Positions 49,542 through 60,502 of a stretch of DNA of 64,000 nucleotides are shown piece by piece. The translations under genes were made by a program, and so were the position numbers. Numbering within the stretch: the first letter of the stretch is position 1; each line of letters starts with the position of its first letter. Source of the stretch: Promethearchaeota archaeon (GTDB lineage: Archaea > Asgardarchaeota > Lokiarchaeia > Sigyniarchaeales > SOKP01); contig JAHLWP010000015.1 in NCBI GenBank assembly GCA_019057865.1, positions 22,225 through 86,224 on the forward strand. The letters run 5' to 3'. A model generated the notes under the pieces. That model was not told where the DNA came from. It saw only the letters and a list, made by a program, of their open reading frames with translations, and made no database searches.

Positions 49542-51203
49542 TTATTTTTTCGTGTAAATATCACAATATTCCATTCGGATAGTTTTTTTATTAAGCTTAC
49601 CAACACTGGTTCTTGGAATTGTATCTACGAACAATATTTCATCTGGTAATTGCCATTTGGAAAATTTATTAGACAGATGTTTATGAATTTCTTCCTTACT
49701 CACAGATTTAAATTCTTCCCGCAGAACCACTAAAGCTAAAGGTCTTTCATCCCATTTTGGATGTGGAATCCCAACAACAGCCGCCTCAAGAACCCCTGGA
49801 TGTGATATTAAAGAGTTCTCCATATCTATGGAACTGATCCATTCACCGCCACTCTTGATAACATCCTTGATTCTATCTGTTATCTTGAGATACCCCTCGG
49901 AATCAAGGGATCCAGCATCTCCAGTTTTAAAATATCCATCTTCAGTAAAACTTTCTTTTGTTTCTGGTGCGTTATAATAACTCCTAGTTATCCAAGGTCC
50001 TCGTAGAAGAATTTCTCCAGAAGAATTTCCATCTTGAGGAAGTTCAATGCCGTTCTCATCTACTATTATTATATCTAATCCTGACACAATAGTTCCTTGT
50101 TTCTTCTTAAGATTCCAAAGTTCTACTTCTGAGAGTTCCTCCTCAAGCCAAGGTTTTAATATATTTAATGTAGTTATTGCCATAGCTTCTGTAGAACCAT
50201 AAGAATGAATGATTTCACCTCCGGTTTCATCCCTAAATCCGCGCATCAAAGCAATTGGAGGTTCAGATCCCCCACATATCAAACGAGCACCTGTAAGATC
50301 TGGTTTTTGTTCCATTTTCCTTATAAATTCAAGCATCGTCATGAACACAGCAGGTACTGCACCAGAAACAGATACTCTTTCTTGGACCATAATACTTGTA
50401 AGTTCTTCAAGATCATCCAAAGACCATCGTCCAGAAAAAACAAGTTTAGCACCGACATAAGTTGCTGCTTGTGGTTTACTCCACCCGAGCACATGGAACA
50501 TCGGAACCATTTGGAATACAACATCATTAACATTCATGCTGAATTGAGCAGCAAACATCATTGCTTGAATATATGTATTACGGTGTGAATAATAAACTCC
50601 TTTAGGCTTTCCAGTAGTGCCTGTTGTATAACAAGCAGCATACGCTGAATTTTCATCTAGATTAGGCCATTCATATTTTGGTGATGCTTTACTTAAGAGA
50701 TCTTCATAACTATAAATTGGACTGAGCTTTGTCTCTATTTCATTTATATTTTTATCGGTTATGATAATATAAGCTTTAACTTTTTTACACAATGGAGCAA
50801 TAGTCTCGGCTATTTGGATTAAATCTTCATCAACTATAATAAAACTCGCACCAGAGTGATTTACCACATATGCTAAATCTTGTTTAGCAAGACGCATATT
50901 CATCGATACCATAACAGCTCCTATTCCAGGAAGTCCATAATATATTTCAAAATGTTGATACGTATTCCATGCTAAGACTCCTACTCTATCGCCTATTTTT
51001 ACGCCAATTGACTCTAAAGAATTAGCTAATTGTTGCATTCTTTCATATGAGTCCCTATAACTATATCGGAATAAATTTCCATCCAAATTCCTGCTAACTA
51101 TTTCTTGTCTACTAAAATTTCTTACGGCATGTTTAATCAGACTTATAACATTAAGTTGATAATTACCATTAGATTCCGCAGGAAATCCTTTAATTGTTTT
51201 CAT
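49542..51203 (-). CDS. Medium/long-chain acyl-CoA ligase
   Basis: YTTGTTGKPKG, YGSTE, TGD, DRIKDVIKSGGEW, HPKWDERP, VGK. Confidence 0.92.
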   Translation of the reverse strand: MKTIKGFPAESNGNYQLNVISLIKHAVRNFSRQEIVSRNLDGNLFRYSYRDSYERMQQLANSLESIGVKIGDRVGVLAWNTYQHFEIYYGLPGIGAVMVSMNMRLAKQDLAYVVNHSGASFIIVDEDLIQIAETIAPLCKKVKAYIIITDKNINEIETKLSPIYSYEDLLSKASPKYEWPNLDENSAYAACYTTGTTGKPKGVYYSHRNTYIQAMMFAAQFSMNVNDVVFQMVPMFHVLGWSKPQAATYVGAKLVFSGRWSLDDLEELTSIMVQERVSVSGAVPAVFMTMLEFIRKMEQKPDLTGARLICGGSEPPIALMRGFRDETGGEIIHSYGSTEAMAITTLNILKPWLEEELSEVELWNLKKKQGTIVSGLDIIIVDENGIELPQDGNSSGEILLRGPWITRSYYNAPETKESFTEDGYFKTGDAGSLDSEGYLKITDRIKDVIKSGGEWISSIDMENSLISHPGVLEAAVVGIPHPKWDERPLALVVLREEFKSVSKEEIHKHLSNKFSKWQLPDEILFVDTIPRTSVGKLNKKTIRMEYCDIYTKK

Positions 51204-51429
51204 AATTTTTCCTTTATAATGATTTTATCATTAATTTCAATATTGAATTTGATAAGTTAATATAATTTATCCTATTATCATTAATTTATTAAAAATTACA
51301 ATTTAGTAATACAAAATAATGATGATAAAGAAAAAAAAAAAATAAAATTTTATAATTAGATAACATAAAATAAATCATCAATAAAATAATTTTAATAAAA
51401 TATAAGAAAGAAGTAGGTTGAAATTTAAA

Positions 51430-51855
51430 ATGGTTGATGAAAGTTTAATTAAAGAATTAAAAGAATTAAGAGAAAAAGGCCCAAAGCAACCTTCAGATGC
51501 TCTTAAAACCTATGAGTTTGTAAAACAATTTGCTGAAGAAAACGAAGAATTAAAGGAAGAATTAGAAGATATCGATCCTATGGTTGTTCAACTAGTAATT
51601 ACTGATGTAGATTATAAATATTGGGTTAAAATTGGGGAAGGTAAGTTAGATTATGGTGAAGGTGAGGGTGAAGATCCAAGTGTTACCATGTCAGCAACTG
51701 GAGCAACGTGGACAGGATTAACCTCAGGTGAAATTGATTCGACTTCAGCATACATGTCTGGGGATCTTGTTATAGAAGGTAATCTTCAAGATGCAATTGC
51801 ATATGGTGAGGTCCTGGGATTAGCACAGGAATTAGGCGCAGATTATTTTGAGTAA
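51430..51855 (+). CDS. SCP2 sterol/lipid-binding domain protein
   Basis: PSVTMS...SGEIDSTSAYMSGDLVIEGNL SCP2 signature. Confidence 0.88.
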   Translation: MVDESLIKELKELREKGPKQPSDALKTYEFVKQFAEENEELKEELEDIDPMVVQLVITDVDYKYWVKIGEGKLDYGEGEGEDPSVTMSATGATWTGLTSGEIDSTSAYMSGDLVIEGNLQDAIAYGEVLGLAQELGADYFE

Positions 51856-51911
51856 AAATATAAGCATTATTAAAAAATTTTTTAAATATCTTTTTCTTTT
51901 CTTTTGAAGTC

Positions 51912-53591
51912 TTATTTTGACTTAATACAAGCAATACATGCTTTTATGAATTCAAAATAAAGAGGAGAAGGTTTATAAGGTCTAGATTTAAATTCTGGAT
52001 GAAATTGGACGCCGACAATCCAATGGTCTTTCCTATTTAATTCTATACTGTTAATTATTTTTCCAGATTTATCCCGACTAGAGACTAATAGACCTTTATT
52101 TTTCGCTTCTTCAGTTATGAATCGTTCTTGTATGTGATATCTATGTCTAAATCTTTCAAATATCTCTTTTTGTTTATAAGCATTATATAGTTTGGTGTCC
52201 TTTTCAACAATAATTTTTTGAGCTCCAAGCCTCATAGTACCTCCTTTTTCAGAAATTTCTTTCTGACTTTCTAAAAGATCCACTACTGGATAGGGCGTTT
52301 TAGAGTCAATTTCTGTTGAATTTGCTCTATTCAAACCAAGATATTTTCTACAGAAAGCTATGTAGAATAATTGTGCCCCAAAGCATATTCCAAGAAAAGG
52401 GATTTTATTTTCCATAGCATATTCAGCAGATTTTATCATTCCTTCTACAGCTCTTTCCCCAAAGCCAGGTGTGAGTAAAATCCCATCACAATCTTTTAAC
52501 TGTTCTTCAATTTTTGTATTTTCATCAATATTTATCATTTTTAATTCTGTCTTATATCCTTGATGTGCAGCAGCATCTTCTATAGCAACGTTTATGGATA
52601 TGTAAGAATCAGAAATATTAAAATACTTACCAGGCATTCCGATTCTAATGTTCTTTTTAGCATCTTTGAATAATTCAACCATTTTTACCCATTCTGAGTA
52701 GTTGGTTACCTCATTATAGGACACTAATTTTGCTTTTAAATCTATAAGCTCACAGATCAAATCACCTAAACCTTGCTCTTCAAATAATAGAGGTAGTTCA
52801 TATACAACTTCTAAATCCGGATTTGATATCACAGCATTTTCAGGTACGTTAGAGTATAAGGAAATTTTTCTTTTAATATCATGATCTAAGGGTTTTTCAC
52901 TTCTGCCTATTATTATATCAGGCTGTAATCCTAGACTTTGTAGCATTTTGACAGAATGTTGTGTTGGTTTTGATTTTTGTTGTCCTACAGCACGAGAATA
53001 AGGTATAAGAGTCACATGGACAAATGCAGTGCGCTTAGGGTATTCTAACTTTATTTGCCTGAATGCTTCCAAAAAGATACTTGACTCTAAATCACCCACA
53101 GTTCCTCCACATTCAATTAATAAAACATCTAATTCTTCGTATTCTGCAATTTCCATTAACCTTTCTTTTATGATGTCTGTTACATGAGGGATCAATTGAA
53201 CTGTTTTGCCTAAAAACCTTCCCTTCCTTTCACTCAGGATTGTGGAGAGATAGATTTGTCCAGAGGTTATATTGTGTGAAGGATGCATTTCAATTCCTAG
53301 AATTCTGGAATATGTACCAAAATCTTGATCTATTTCTGAAATTCTATAAGATCTTTCATCAGATTCAAGAACAGGCTGAAAATCCCAGACATCCTCCGTA
53401 ATAAAGCATTCACCATGCTCAATAGGATTAAGTGTGCCTGGATCTACATTTAAGTAAGGGTCTATTTTAACTACTGATACTTTGAAACCCCGAAATTGAA
53501 GAACTTTTCCAATACTTGCAGTGGCAACACCTTTACCTATACCTGACATAACTCCGCCTGTTACAAATACAAACTTGCACATAGAGCTCAT
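51912..53591 (-). CDS. pyrG: CTP synthase
   Basis: TGGVMSGIGKG, KIDPYLNVDPG, GGTVGD, KSKPTQHS, PGFG, GICFG, RHRY, QFHPE. Confidence 0.95.
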   Translation of the reverse strand: MSSMCKFVFVTGGVMSGIGKGVATASIGKVLQFRGFKVSVVKIDPYLNVDPGTLNPIEHGECFITEDVWDFQPVLESDERSYRISEIDQDFGTYSRILGIEMHPSHNITSGQIYLSTILSERKGRFLGKTVQLIPHVTDIIKERLMEIAEYEELDVLLIECGGTVGDLESSIFLEAFRQIKLEYPKRTAFVHVTLIPYSRAVGQQKSKPTQHSVKMLQSLGLQPDIIIGRSEKPLDHDIKRKISLYSNVPENAVISNPDLEVVYELPLLFEEQGLGDLICELIDLKAKLVSYNEVTNYSEWVKMVELFKDAKKNIRIGMPGKYFNISDSYISINVAIEDAAAHQGYKTELKMINIDENTKIEEQLKDCDGILLTPGFGERAVEGMIKSAEYAMENKIPFLGICFGAQLFYIAFCRKYLGLNRANSTEIDSKTPYPVVDLLESQKEISEKGGTMRLGAQKIIVEKDTKLYNAYKQKEIFERFRHRYHIQERFITEEAKNKGLLVSSRDKSGKIINSIELNRKDHWIVGVQFHPEFKSRPYKPSPLYFEFIKACIACIKSK

Positions 53592-53721
53592 AATTACAAC
53601 TTTAATAATATAAATTTCTAATATAATAATTTCAAAATAAAATATTAAATATTAACCACATTTAATAAGAGTTTCGATGATAATAAAAAATAATTTTATT
53701 AATTTTATAATATCAAATAAC

Positions 53722-54543
53722 TTATTTTCCTTTAAAAACTGGCTCTCTTTTTTGAATTAATGATTTCAACGATTCTCTGAAATCATGTGTTTTAAATAAC
53801 TCTCTGAGTCCTTCATTTTCAAGATCTAAAGTTTTCAATATAATATCTTTAAAATAATCATGCATGGTTTTTTTCATTAACTTAATTGATAAGCTAGGTC
53901 CTTTTGGAGGTATTAACCGTAATACTTGTTCCCTAGAATATGGTATTAAATCTTCAGATGGTACAACCTTATTAACTAAACCAAGTTTTTCAGCTTCAAT
54001 AGCACTAATTCTTTCACCAAAGTATACAATTTCTTTTGCCTTTTGAAAGCCTACGTAAAATGGAAGTAAGAAACTAGCACTAAATTCAGCTATAACAGAA
54101 CGTTTAACGAAAGATAAACCAATCCACGCATCTTCTGCCATATAAATTAAATCAGCTCCAGCTAATGGCATTGTAAATCCTGCGCCTACCGCTAAACCAT
54201 TAATTGCTGCAATAACAGGCTTAGAAAAATTCCAAAACTTTATACACAACCTTTTTTGAGCAATGTCCATTAAATCTATATCTTTCATAATTTCTGGAGG
54301 GATAGAAGCATACATTTTCATATTAAAATAACCTCCAGAAGAGAATGCATTCGCATCAGGATTTCCTGTAATTATTAGAACTTTAGCGTTTTTGTCTTCT
54401 TCCATATCAGCTAGCACTGTTTCAATTTCTAGAAAAGTTATGTATGACATTGCATTTTTTCTTTTAGGCGTATTAAGTGTTATTGTACATATTCCATTTA
54501 TTTCCTTTTCATATGTTATGTCTTTAATATCTTCAATGTTCAT
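53722..54543 (-). CDS. Crotonase-family enoyl-CoA isomerase (ECI2/Eci1-like catalytic Glu position)
   Basis: AAINGLAVGAG.T...D.IY......SF......AEFSAS. Confidence 0.8.
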   Translation of the reverse strand: MNIEDIKDITYEKEINGICTITLNTPKRKNAMSYITFLEIETVLADMEEDKNAKVLIITGNPDANAFSSGGYFNMKMYASIPPEIMKDIDLMDIAQKRLCIKFWNFSKPVIAAINGLAVGAGFTMPLAGADLIYMAEDAWIGLSFVKRSVIAEFSASFLLPFYVGFQKAKEIVYFGERISAIEAEKLGLVNKVVPSEDLIPYSREQVLRLIPPKGPSLSIKLMKKTMHDYFKDIILKTLDLENEGLRELFKTHDFRESLKSLIQKREPVFKGK

Positions 54544-54586
54544 AGTTACATTTTCAACCTGCTCTTAATTAAAAATTAAATTTAAT

Positions 54587-55867
54587 TTATAATAGCTTGA
54601 ATAATCGTCTTAAAGCCAAACTCATTATGTATTGCTGTATTTGCCGTGTTCCACCTCCCATCTCCTGGATTCTTGAGATTCCTAAGAGATCATGCATCAA
54701 GGTATTATCACAAGCTCCAGCACCCCCCATGAGGTTTGCGCATTCATAACACACTCTTTCACTTAGCTTTGCTGACTGAGATTTCAATTGTGAAGCAGTT
54801 GCTACAAGTGTTAAGTTGAATTCTTTTGGAAGTGTTCCTAATTTCTCCAATTTATCATCTATAATTTGACAAATATGCAATGTTGCTAATGTTAAACTCA
54901 TTGTTTGAGCCCACTGATCTGATAAGGGAAACCCAACGCCTTGAAATTTTAATATTTCTTGATCAAATTGCTTTCTCATATTCGCATAAATTACTGCATG
55001 TGATAAGGCATTCCAAGCTTCTGCAACATTAAGAAATACAATTCCTAAACGTTCTAAATTTAATCCTTCAAATAGATGAGATCGTCCTTGTCCTGTTGGA
55101 CCTAATACATATTCTGGAGGAACTTTTAAATTCGTGAATGTTTCTTTACCGACATGCATTCTTGGAGTCCAGGGTATATTTAATCTTTCAGCTTCCCAAC
55201 CCTCCCATGATGTATCTACTAAGAATTGTGCCATTGTATTACCATTATTTTTTTCAGCAACAGCATAAATTACTGCCCAATCAGCTCTAGACCCATTAGT
55301 TTGATAAATTTTTACCCCATTGATAAGATAACTTCCATCATCCTGCTCATCACAGGTTGTTAACATATGGACAGCATCTGAACCTCTCTCTGGTTCTGTT
55401 ATACATAAACATCCTATTTTTTCTCCCATTACCATTTCTTTTAAAGCTTTTAAACGTTCATCCACATCTTCGTGATGGAGCATTATGGGATTTATAACTA
55501 ATACTGTAGCACCCATTCCCATTGCAAGTTGAGGGTCAAAGAAATCAGTAGCTAACATCCTCATGAATTCAGCGGTCATTCCAAATGGCTCAAAATTTAA
55601 ACCTAGATCATCAAAATTATGAACACGAGTAATTAAACCCTCTTTTCCAATCTCTGGTATCCAATCATAAAAATCCTCGTTATGTGTAATATTATACTTT
55701 TCTTCAAATCGGATAAAAAATTTTTGACTTTTACGTAAAAAACTAAAATGTTCTGGTTTCAATATACTCATTAGATTCGTATTTAGAAATTTATAACGGT
55801 TCTTTAAAGAGAGCTTTTCAAGTATGCTATCCTCAATACACTGAACCTTTCCTTTTTTGCCAACCAT
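54587..55867 (-). CDS. Acyl-CoA dehydrogenase
   Basis: CITEPERGSD, INGVKIYQTNG, RKQF, MGGAG, GGTRQIQ. Confidence 0.88.
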   Translation of the reverse strand: MVGKKGKVQCIEDSILEKLSLKNRYKFLNTNLMSILKPEHFSFLRKSQKFFIRFEEKYNITHNEDFYDWIPEIGKEGLITRVHNFDDLGLNFEPFGMTAEFMRMLATDFFDPQLAMGMGATVLVINPIMLHHEDVDERLKALKEMVMGEKIGCLCITEPERGSDAVHMLTTCDEQDDGSYLINGVKIYQTNGSRADWAVIYAVAEKNNGNTMAQFLVDTSWEGWEAERLNIPWTPRMHVGKETFTNLKVPPEYVLGPTGQGRSHLFEGLNLERLGIVFLNVAEAWNALSHAVIYANMRKQFDQEILKFQGVGFPLSDQWAQTMSLTLATLHICQIIDDKLEKLGTLPKEFNLTLVATASQLKSQSAKLSERVCYECANLMGGAGACDNTLMHDLLGISRIQEMGGGTRQIQQYIMSLALRRLFKLL

Positions 55868-55956
55868 TATATTAACCCTTAGTTTATTTAAATTTTCAAT
55901 TATAAGTAGTATTAACCTAAATTCTTAAAATAATTTTAGGAATAGGAAAAAAACCT

Positions 55957-57168
55957 TTAATCATATTCAAAAACTACTTTGATTGAATTGTATTTATCTT
56001 TCTCTGAAGCGACTTTTAATGCTTCTTTATAATCATCTAATGCAAATTTATGGGTAACAAAACCTGAAACATCAATTTTACCAGAAGAGATCAAATCTAA
56101 AGCAATCTGCATTGTTCTTTTCTTCTCTGTATCAATCTTTTCAATACCAAAAGTATTTGAAGCAATACTAGTTATTTCCTTAACAAATAATGGAGTCCAA
56201 TCGATTTCTAAGTTAGCAGGCTGTCCTATTAATATGAGAGTCCCTTTCGGTTTTACTAATTTAAAACTCGTTGTCAATGATGATGGGATTCCTACGCAAT
56301 CAAAAACGATATCTGCCCCACCGCCTACGAGTATCGGATCCAGAAATGGAGGTGAAACTGTTCTTGCTCCTAAATATCTCGCAAATTTTCTAATATATGT
56401 GCTTTTACTTGCTAAAAATACTTCATCAACACCTAATTTTATCGCTAAATCAAGTTGTTGTTGTCTTGTATCAATAGCAATGATCGTACATTTAGAAAAT
56501 ACCTTTAAAGCTAGTATAACAGATAATCCCATAACTCCACATCCAACAACAGCTACATTATCAGTATCTTTTGGAAGATACTTAAAAACACCATGAATTG
56601 AACCCGATAGTGGTTCAACCATCAATGCCTCTTCAAAAGAAACTGTATTTGGAATCTTGAAAACTTGGCTTTTATGCGCAATAACATATTCACCCCAACC
56701 ACCACCAGTATCTTTACATAAACCTATCATAAATCCTGGCGCAATATCGCCTTTGTCGAAATTATAACATAAGCTAAAATCTCCTTCTTTACAAGCATCA
56801 CATAATTCAAGACCTCTTACTTCACAACTAAGAACCTCGTCAATTAATACTCTATCTCCCACAGAAAAATTTTTCACATTTGCACCTACTTCTATTATAG
56901 TCCCTACAATTTCATGACCCGGTACTGCTGGAGTCGAAACAAAATTAAGTTGATATGTAGATTGCTTAATCTCTAAAATATGAATATCTGTTCCGCAAAT
57001 TCCCCCTAATTTAACTTTTATTTTAAGCCAGTTTTCATTAATTATTTCTGGCTCAGGGACATCTTTATATGAAACTAATTCAAAAATTTCCGGTGTAAAA
57101 GCGGGGTCTTCGATTTTTTTTTGTAATAGTTCAAGAAATTTTTCAGCTTTTAAGATTAATGCTTTCAT
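55957..57168 (-). CDS. Zn-dependent alcohol dehydrogenase (MDR family)
   Basis: GICGTD, GHE, structural Zn cysteines, GCGVMG. Confidence 0.9.
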   Translation of the reverse strand: MKALILKAEKFLELLQKKIEDPAFTPEIFELVSYKDVPEPEIINENWLKIKVKLGGICGTDIHILEIKQSTYQLNFVSTPAVPGHEIVGTIIEVGANVKNFSVGDRVLIDEVLSCEVRGLELCDACKEGDFSLCYNFDKGDIAPGFMIGLCKDTGGGWGEYVIAHKSQVFKIPNTVSFEEALMVEPLSGSIHGVFKYLPKDTDNVAVVGCGVMGLSVILALKVFSKCTIIAIDTRQQQLDLAIKLGVDEVFLASKSTYIRKFARYLGARTVSPPFLDPILVGGGADIVFDCVGIPSSLTTSFKLVKPKGTLILIGQPANLEIDWTPLFVKEITSIASNTFGIEKIDTEKKRTMQIALDLISSGKIDVSGFVTHKFALDDYKEALKVASEKDKYNSIKVVFEYD

Positions 57169-57228
57169 AATACAAATTTCATTCTAATTCCAATTAAATA
57201 TTAACAATAATAAAAAGAAAGAAAATAA

Positions 57229-58941
57229 TTATAAAACTCCCATTGAACCCATTAATTTCGTGGTATCTGGGGTATCGAAATCTATTTTGATATCTAAAAC
57301 TGCTGGTTTACCAGAATTTTTAGCTCGTTCGAACGCTGGTTTAATTTCATTAGGCTCAGTAACAACTTCGCCGTAACAACCAAAACCTTCTGCACATTTG
57401 GCATAATTGAATTCAGGAAGATCAACATCAATATATCGTTTACCCATAAATAATTTCTGACCTGACTTGATCATCCCCCATGCATTATTATTTCCTACGA
57501 CATATATAAGGTTTTTTAAGTTTAATCTAACGGCAGTTTCTAAATCTTGAACATTAATCATAAAAGCACCATCTCCAGCTATAGCAACTACTTGTTTATC
57601 TGGTTTTGCTAGTTTTGCCCCAATTCCATAAGGAACAGCAGTACCTAACTGCCCCATTCCAACAGCACTGAGTGTTGAAAGTGGTGGACGTATTTTATAC
57701 CAATCTATTTGCTCGACAGTAGAAACTGCAATATCTCCACCGTCTAATATAAGGATAGCATCATCATCTATAGATTCTAAGATATCCTTAATCAATCTCT
57801 TTGTTATAATAGGTATTTTGTCTTTTGATACCTTTTTGTTTATTTTGTTAATTGTATTCTGCCGAGTTTGAACAAGTTCCTCTAACCAATCTCTTTTATC
57901 TACTTTTTTAGACTTTTTAACTTCATTAAGTATTTGAATTAAAAATTGTTTGCAATCTCCAACTATACCTAAAGTAATTGGTTTTGAACGTCCGATTATT
58001 GAGGGATCAATATCTACTTGTATTAATTTTTGTGAGTTTTTCCAAAATGGTTCTTCTCCATGTCCTAAAGTATATGAAAATTTACATCCTAATGCTAATA
58101 TAACATCTGCTTCTGGGGCAATTTTTAAACCAGGACCAGCTACTGCAGCACCCATTAAACATTTTGATTCATTTGTGATAGTTCCAATACCCATAACTGT
58201 AGTTATTACTGGAATTTGCAGGTATTCAGCAAATCCTTGTAATTCTTTCCAAGATTCTGATCTCGCAACACCTCCTCCAGATAAAATGAGTGGTTTTTCT
58301 GCTTTCGAAATTAGATCTAATGCACTTTTTATTAACTCATGATTTATTGCTGGTTTTTCAATAGAGCGATATCTTTTTAAGTCAAAGAATTGTATTTTCT
58401 CCTCTTCAATTTCTTCTAAAAATGCATCTTCAAAAATTTCTAGCAATACAGGTTGTGGTCGACCTCCTATAGCTTCTCGAAATACTTTGTGAACAGCATC
58501 AGGAATTTCTTCAATTTTTCGAATGCTTTTTTGATATTTTGTAACTGGTTTATACATTGTTATTTGATCAAGATTTCCTTGCAAAGTAAAAGAATCTTGA
58601 AATTTAGAAATCACCTGAGGTACTATTGTAATTACTGGTATATTATCTGCCCAGGCAGCACCTACCCCCGAAATTAAATTTAATGCTCCAGGACCAACTG
58701 TTCCAAAACATATACCGGGATTATTTGTTACTCTAGCCCATGCATCAGCAGCATGAGCAGCAGCAGCTTCATGTCTAAATAATACAGTTTCTATACCTTG
58801 TTCCCTTCCCCATCGGTATATAGCATCATACATATTTAAAAATTGACCCCCAGGAATGCCAAACATATACTTAACATTTTCTTTTTGGAGACATTTTACC
58901 AAAACATCTCCACCATTAATTATCTTTTTTTCTTCTCCCAC
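57229..58941 (-). CDS. Thiamine-diphosphate-dependent enzyme (ALS/2-hydroxyacyl-CoA lyase superfamily)
   Basis: FGIPGG, RHE, GPG..N, GDGAF...NNNAWG ThDP motif. Confidence 0.88.
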   Translation of the reverse strand: MGEEKKIINGGDVLVKCLQKENVKYMFGIPGGQFLNMYDAIYRWGREQGIETVLFRHEAAAAHAADAWARVTNNPGICFGTVGPGALNLISGVGAAWADNIPVITIVPQVISKFQDSFTLQGNLDQITMYKPVTKYQKSIRKIEEIPDAVHKVFREAIGGRPQPVLLEIFEDAFLEEIEEEKIQFFDLKRYRSIEKPAINHELIKSALDLISKAEKPLILSGGGVARSESWKELQGFAEYLQIPVITTVMGIGTITNESKCLMGAAVAGPGLKIAPEADVILALGCKFSYTLGHGEEPFWKNSQKLIQVDIDPSIIGRSKPITLGIVGDCKQFLIQILNEVKKSKKVDKRDWLEELVQTRQNTINKINKKVSKDKIPIITKRLIKDILESIDDDAILILDGGDIAVSTVEQIDWYKIRPPLSTLSAVGMGQLGTAVPYGIGAKLAKPDKQVVAIAGDGAFMINVQDLETAVRLNLKNLIYVVGNNNAWGMIKSGQKLFMGKRYIDVDLPEFNYAKCAEGFGCYGEVVTEPNEIKPAFERAKNSGKPAVLDIKIDFDTPDTTKLMGSMGVL

Positions 58942-59089
58942 TTGTTACACCTTTTTAAAAAATATAAAGCATTTTATACAATATTTTTTTATTTAAATAA
59001 ATTATAAATTATTTAACTATTAAAAATAAAGAATTATGAATTTTAAATGTTCCAAAGAGTGTTTTAAAAATTTCCAATAATTTCTAAGA

Positions 59090-60076
59090 TTAATATCTGA
59101 AAACCTTTAAAGAATCCAAAAATGATTTCAGCGAATTAGGAACTTTAAGAACTTTATTATGTATAAAATTTAAAGTCTTAAGTGAATTAAGTGAGCCGAT
59201 TATTTGAGGAATTTCTTCAAATTTATTATAACTCAAATCCAATACTTCAAGATAATTTAGTCTTCCTAGTGATTCTGGAATATTTTTTAGTTTACTTCGC
59301 CTTAAAATTAATTTTTTGAGGTGAGTTAACACTCCAATTGATTCCGGAATTTCTTGAATTTGATTATAACCAAAATTATATTTATTGATTGAATTGAAAT
59401 ATATATCTAAATATTTTAATTTGTAAAGAGAATTGACAATATCAGGATTTTCTTTAACCCATTTCCAATTATAATAATTGAAATTCAAAATTTTAACATG
59501 TTTGTTTCTAATGACTAACCATGGCTCACCTCCCTTTACATCACTTAAATTTTGAAAAAATTTAAAACTATCAGGATTAATTTCATAGTTCTTTTTACCT
59601 TTCGCAATTAGAGCTTCAATATCCAAAAAGAATCTCAATTCTTCAGGAATAATACCTAAATTCTTTGAAAATTTAATACTCCAATGTTTTAGTTTATGTT
59701 TAATTGATTTGAATTCTTGGTTATTTGAATTTTTAAAATAATCAAAAATTATTTTCAGAACTAAAGGAGATTTATCATGTTCAACGACCCACTCTAACAG
59801 AGATAACCCGTTATCAATAAAATTGTGAATAACTCCTTTTACTGCTGAAGTCCTCACTATTGCATTTTCATCTGAGACAAGACAGTTCTCAAGAATTTTA
59901 AAGATTTTATTCCCTGTGCACCCTATTTTATCTAATGTTTCTATAGATTCTGATCTAATTTTAGCATCATCGCTACTCTCGATTAATGATAGTAAAAGTT
60001 CTAAAGCTTTTTTTTTACTTAATTCTCCAACGTGAAAAGATTTGTTAATTATTTTTGGTGATAAAGGCTCTCTCAT
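59090..60076 (-). CDS. HEAT-repeat + leucine-rich-repeat protein
   Basis: N-terminal D..IR/DEN..VR HEAT motifs; C-terminal IPESIG.L..LK.L.L LRRs. Confidence 0.8.
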   Translation of the reverse strand: MREPLSPKIINKSFHVGELSKKKALELLLSLIESSDDAKIRSESIETLDKIGCTGNKIFKILENCLVSDENAIVRTSAVKGVIHNFIDNGLSLLEWVVEHDKSPLVLKIIFDYFKNSNNQEFKSIKHKLKHWSIKFSKNLGIIPEELRFFLDIEALIAKGKKNYEINPDSFKFFQNLSDVKGGEPWLVIRNKHVKILNFNYYNWKWVKENPDIVNSLYKLKYLDIYFNSINKYNFGYNQIQEIPESIGVLTHLKKLILRRSKLKNIPESLGRLNYLEVLDLSYNKFEEIPQIIGSLNSLKTLNFIHNKVLKVPNSLKSFLDSLKVFRY

Positions 60077-60502
60077 CTATAACCTTAATTCTAGTGAAAT
60101 TATTTAATATTACAACATTAATTTAAAAATTTTTATAAGTTTCCAAATCTAATTATGAAAAAATGGGAAGTAGTAAAAAAGATTATTTTTTTGTTAAAAC
60201 CTTTGAGTCAATTTTTTTAAACTTTTTATCTTTTTGCAGCTTTGCTGATTTAAAATATTGATCGATATAATTTTCTTGAGACATTATTATAACAATTTTT
60301 TTTTGAGATATGAGCAAATAAATAAGGTTATAAATAGCATACATTGTTTAGAATTTCTTTTAAACTTCTTTAAAAATTAAATCTTTTACTTGTTTTTAGG
60401 AAAAATGTTAAAATAAAAAATAGGGTGTTAACTAATATTATTGTATTAATTTCAAATTTGAAAATACATAAAAATTTTAAATAAAAGATTTGGTGGATAG
60501 AA

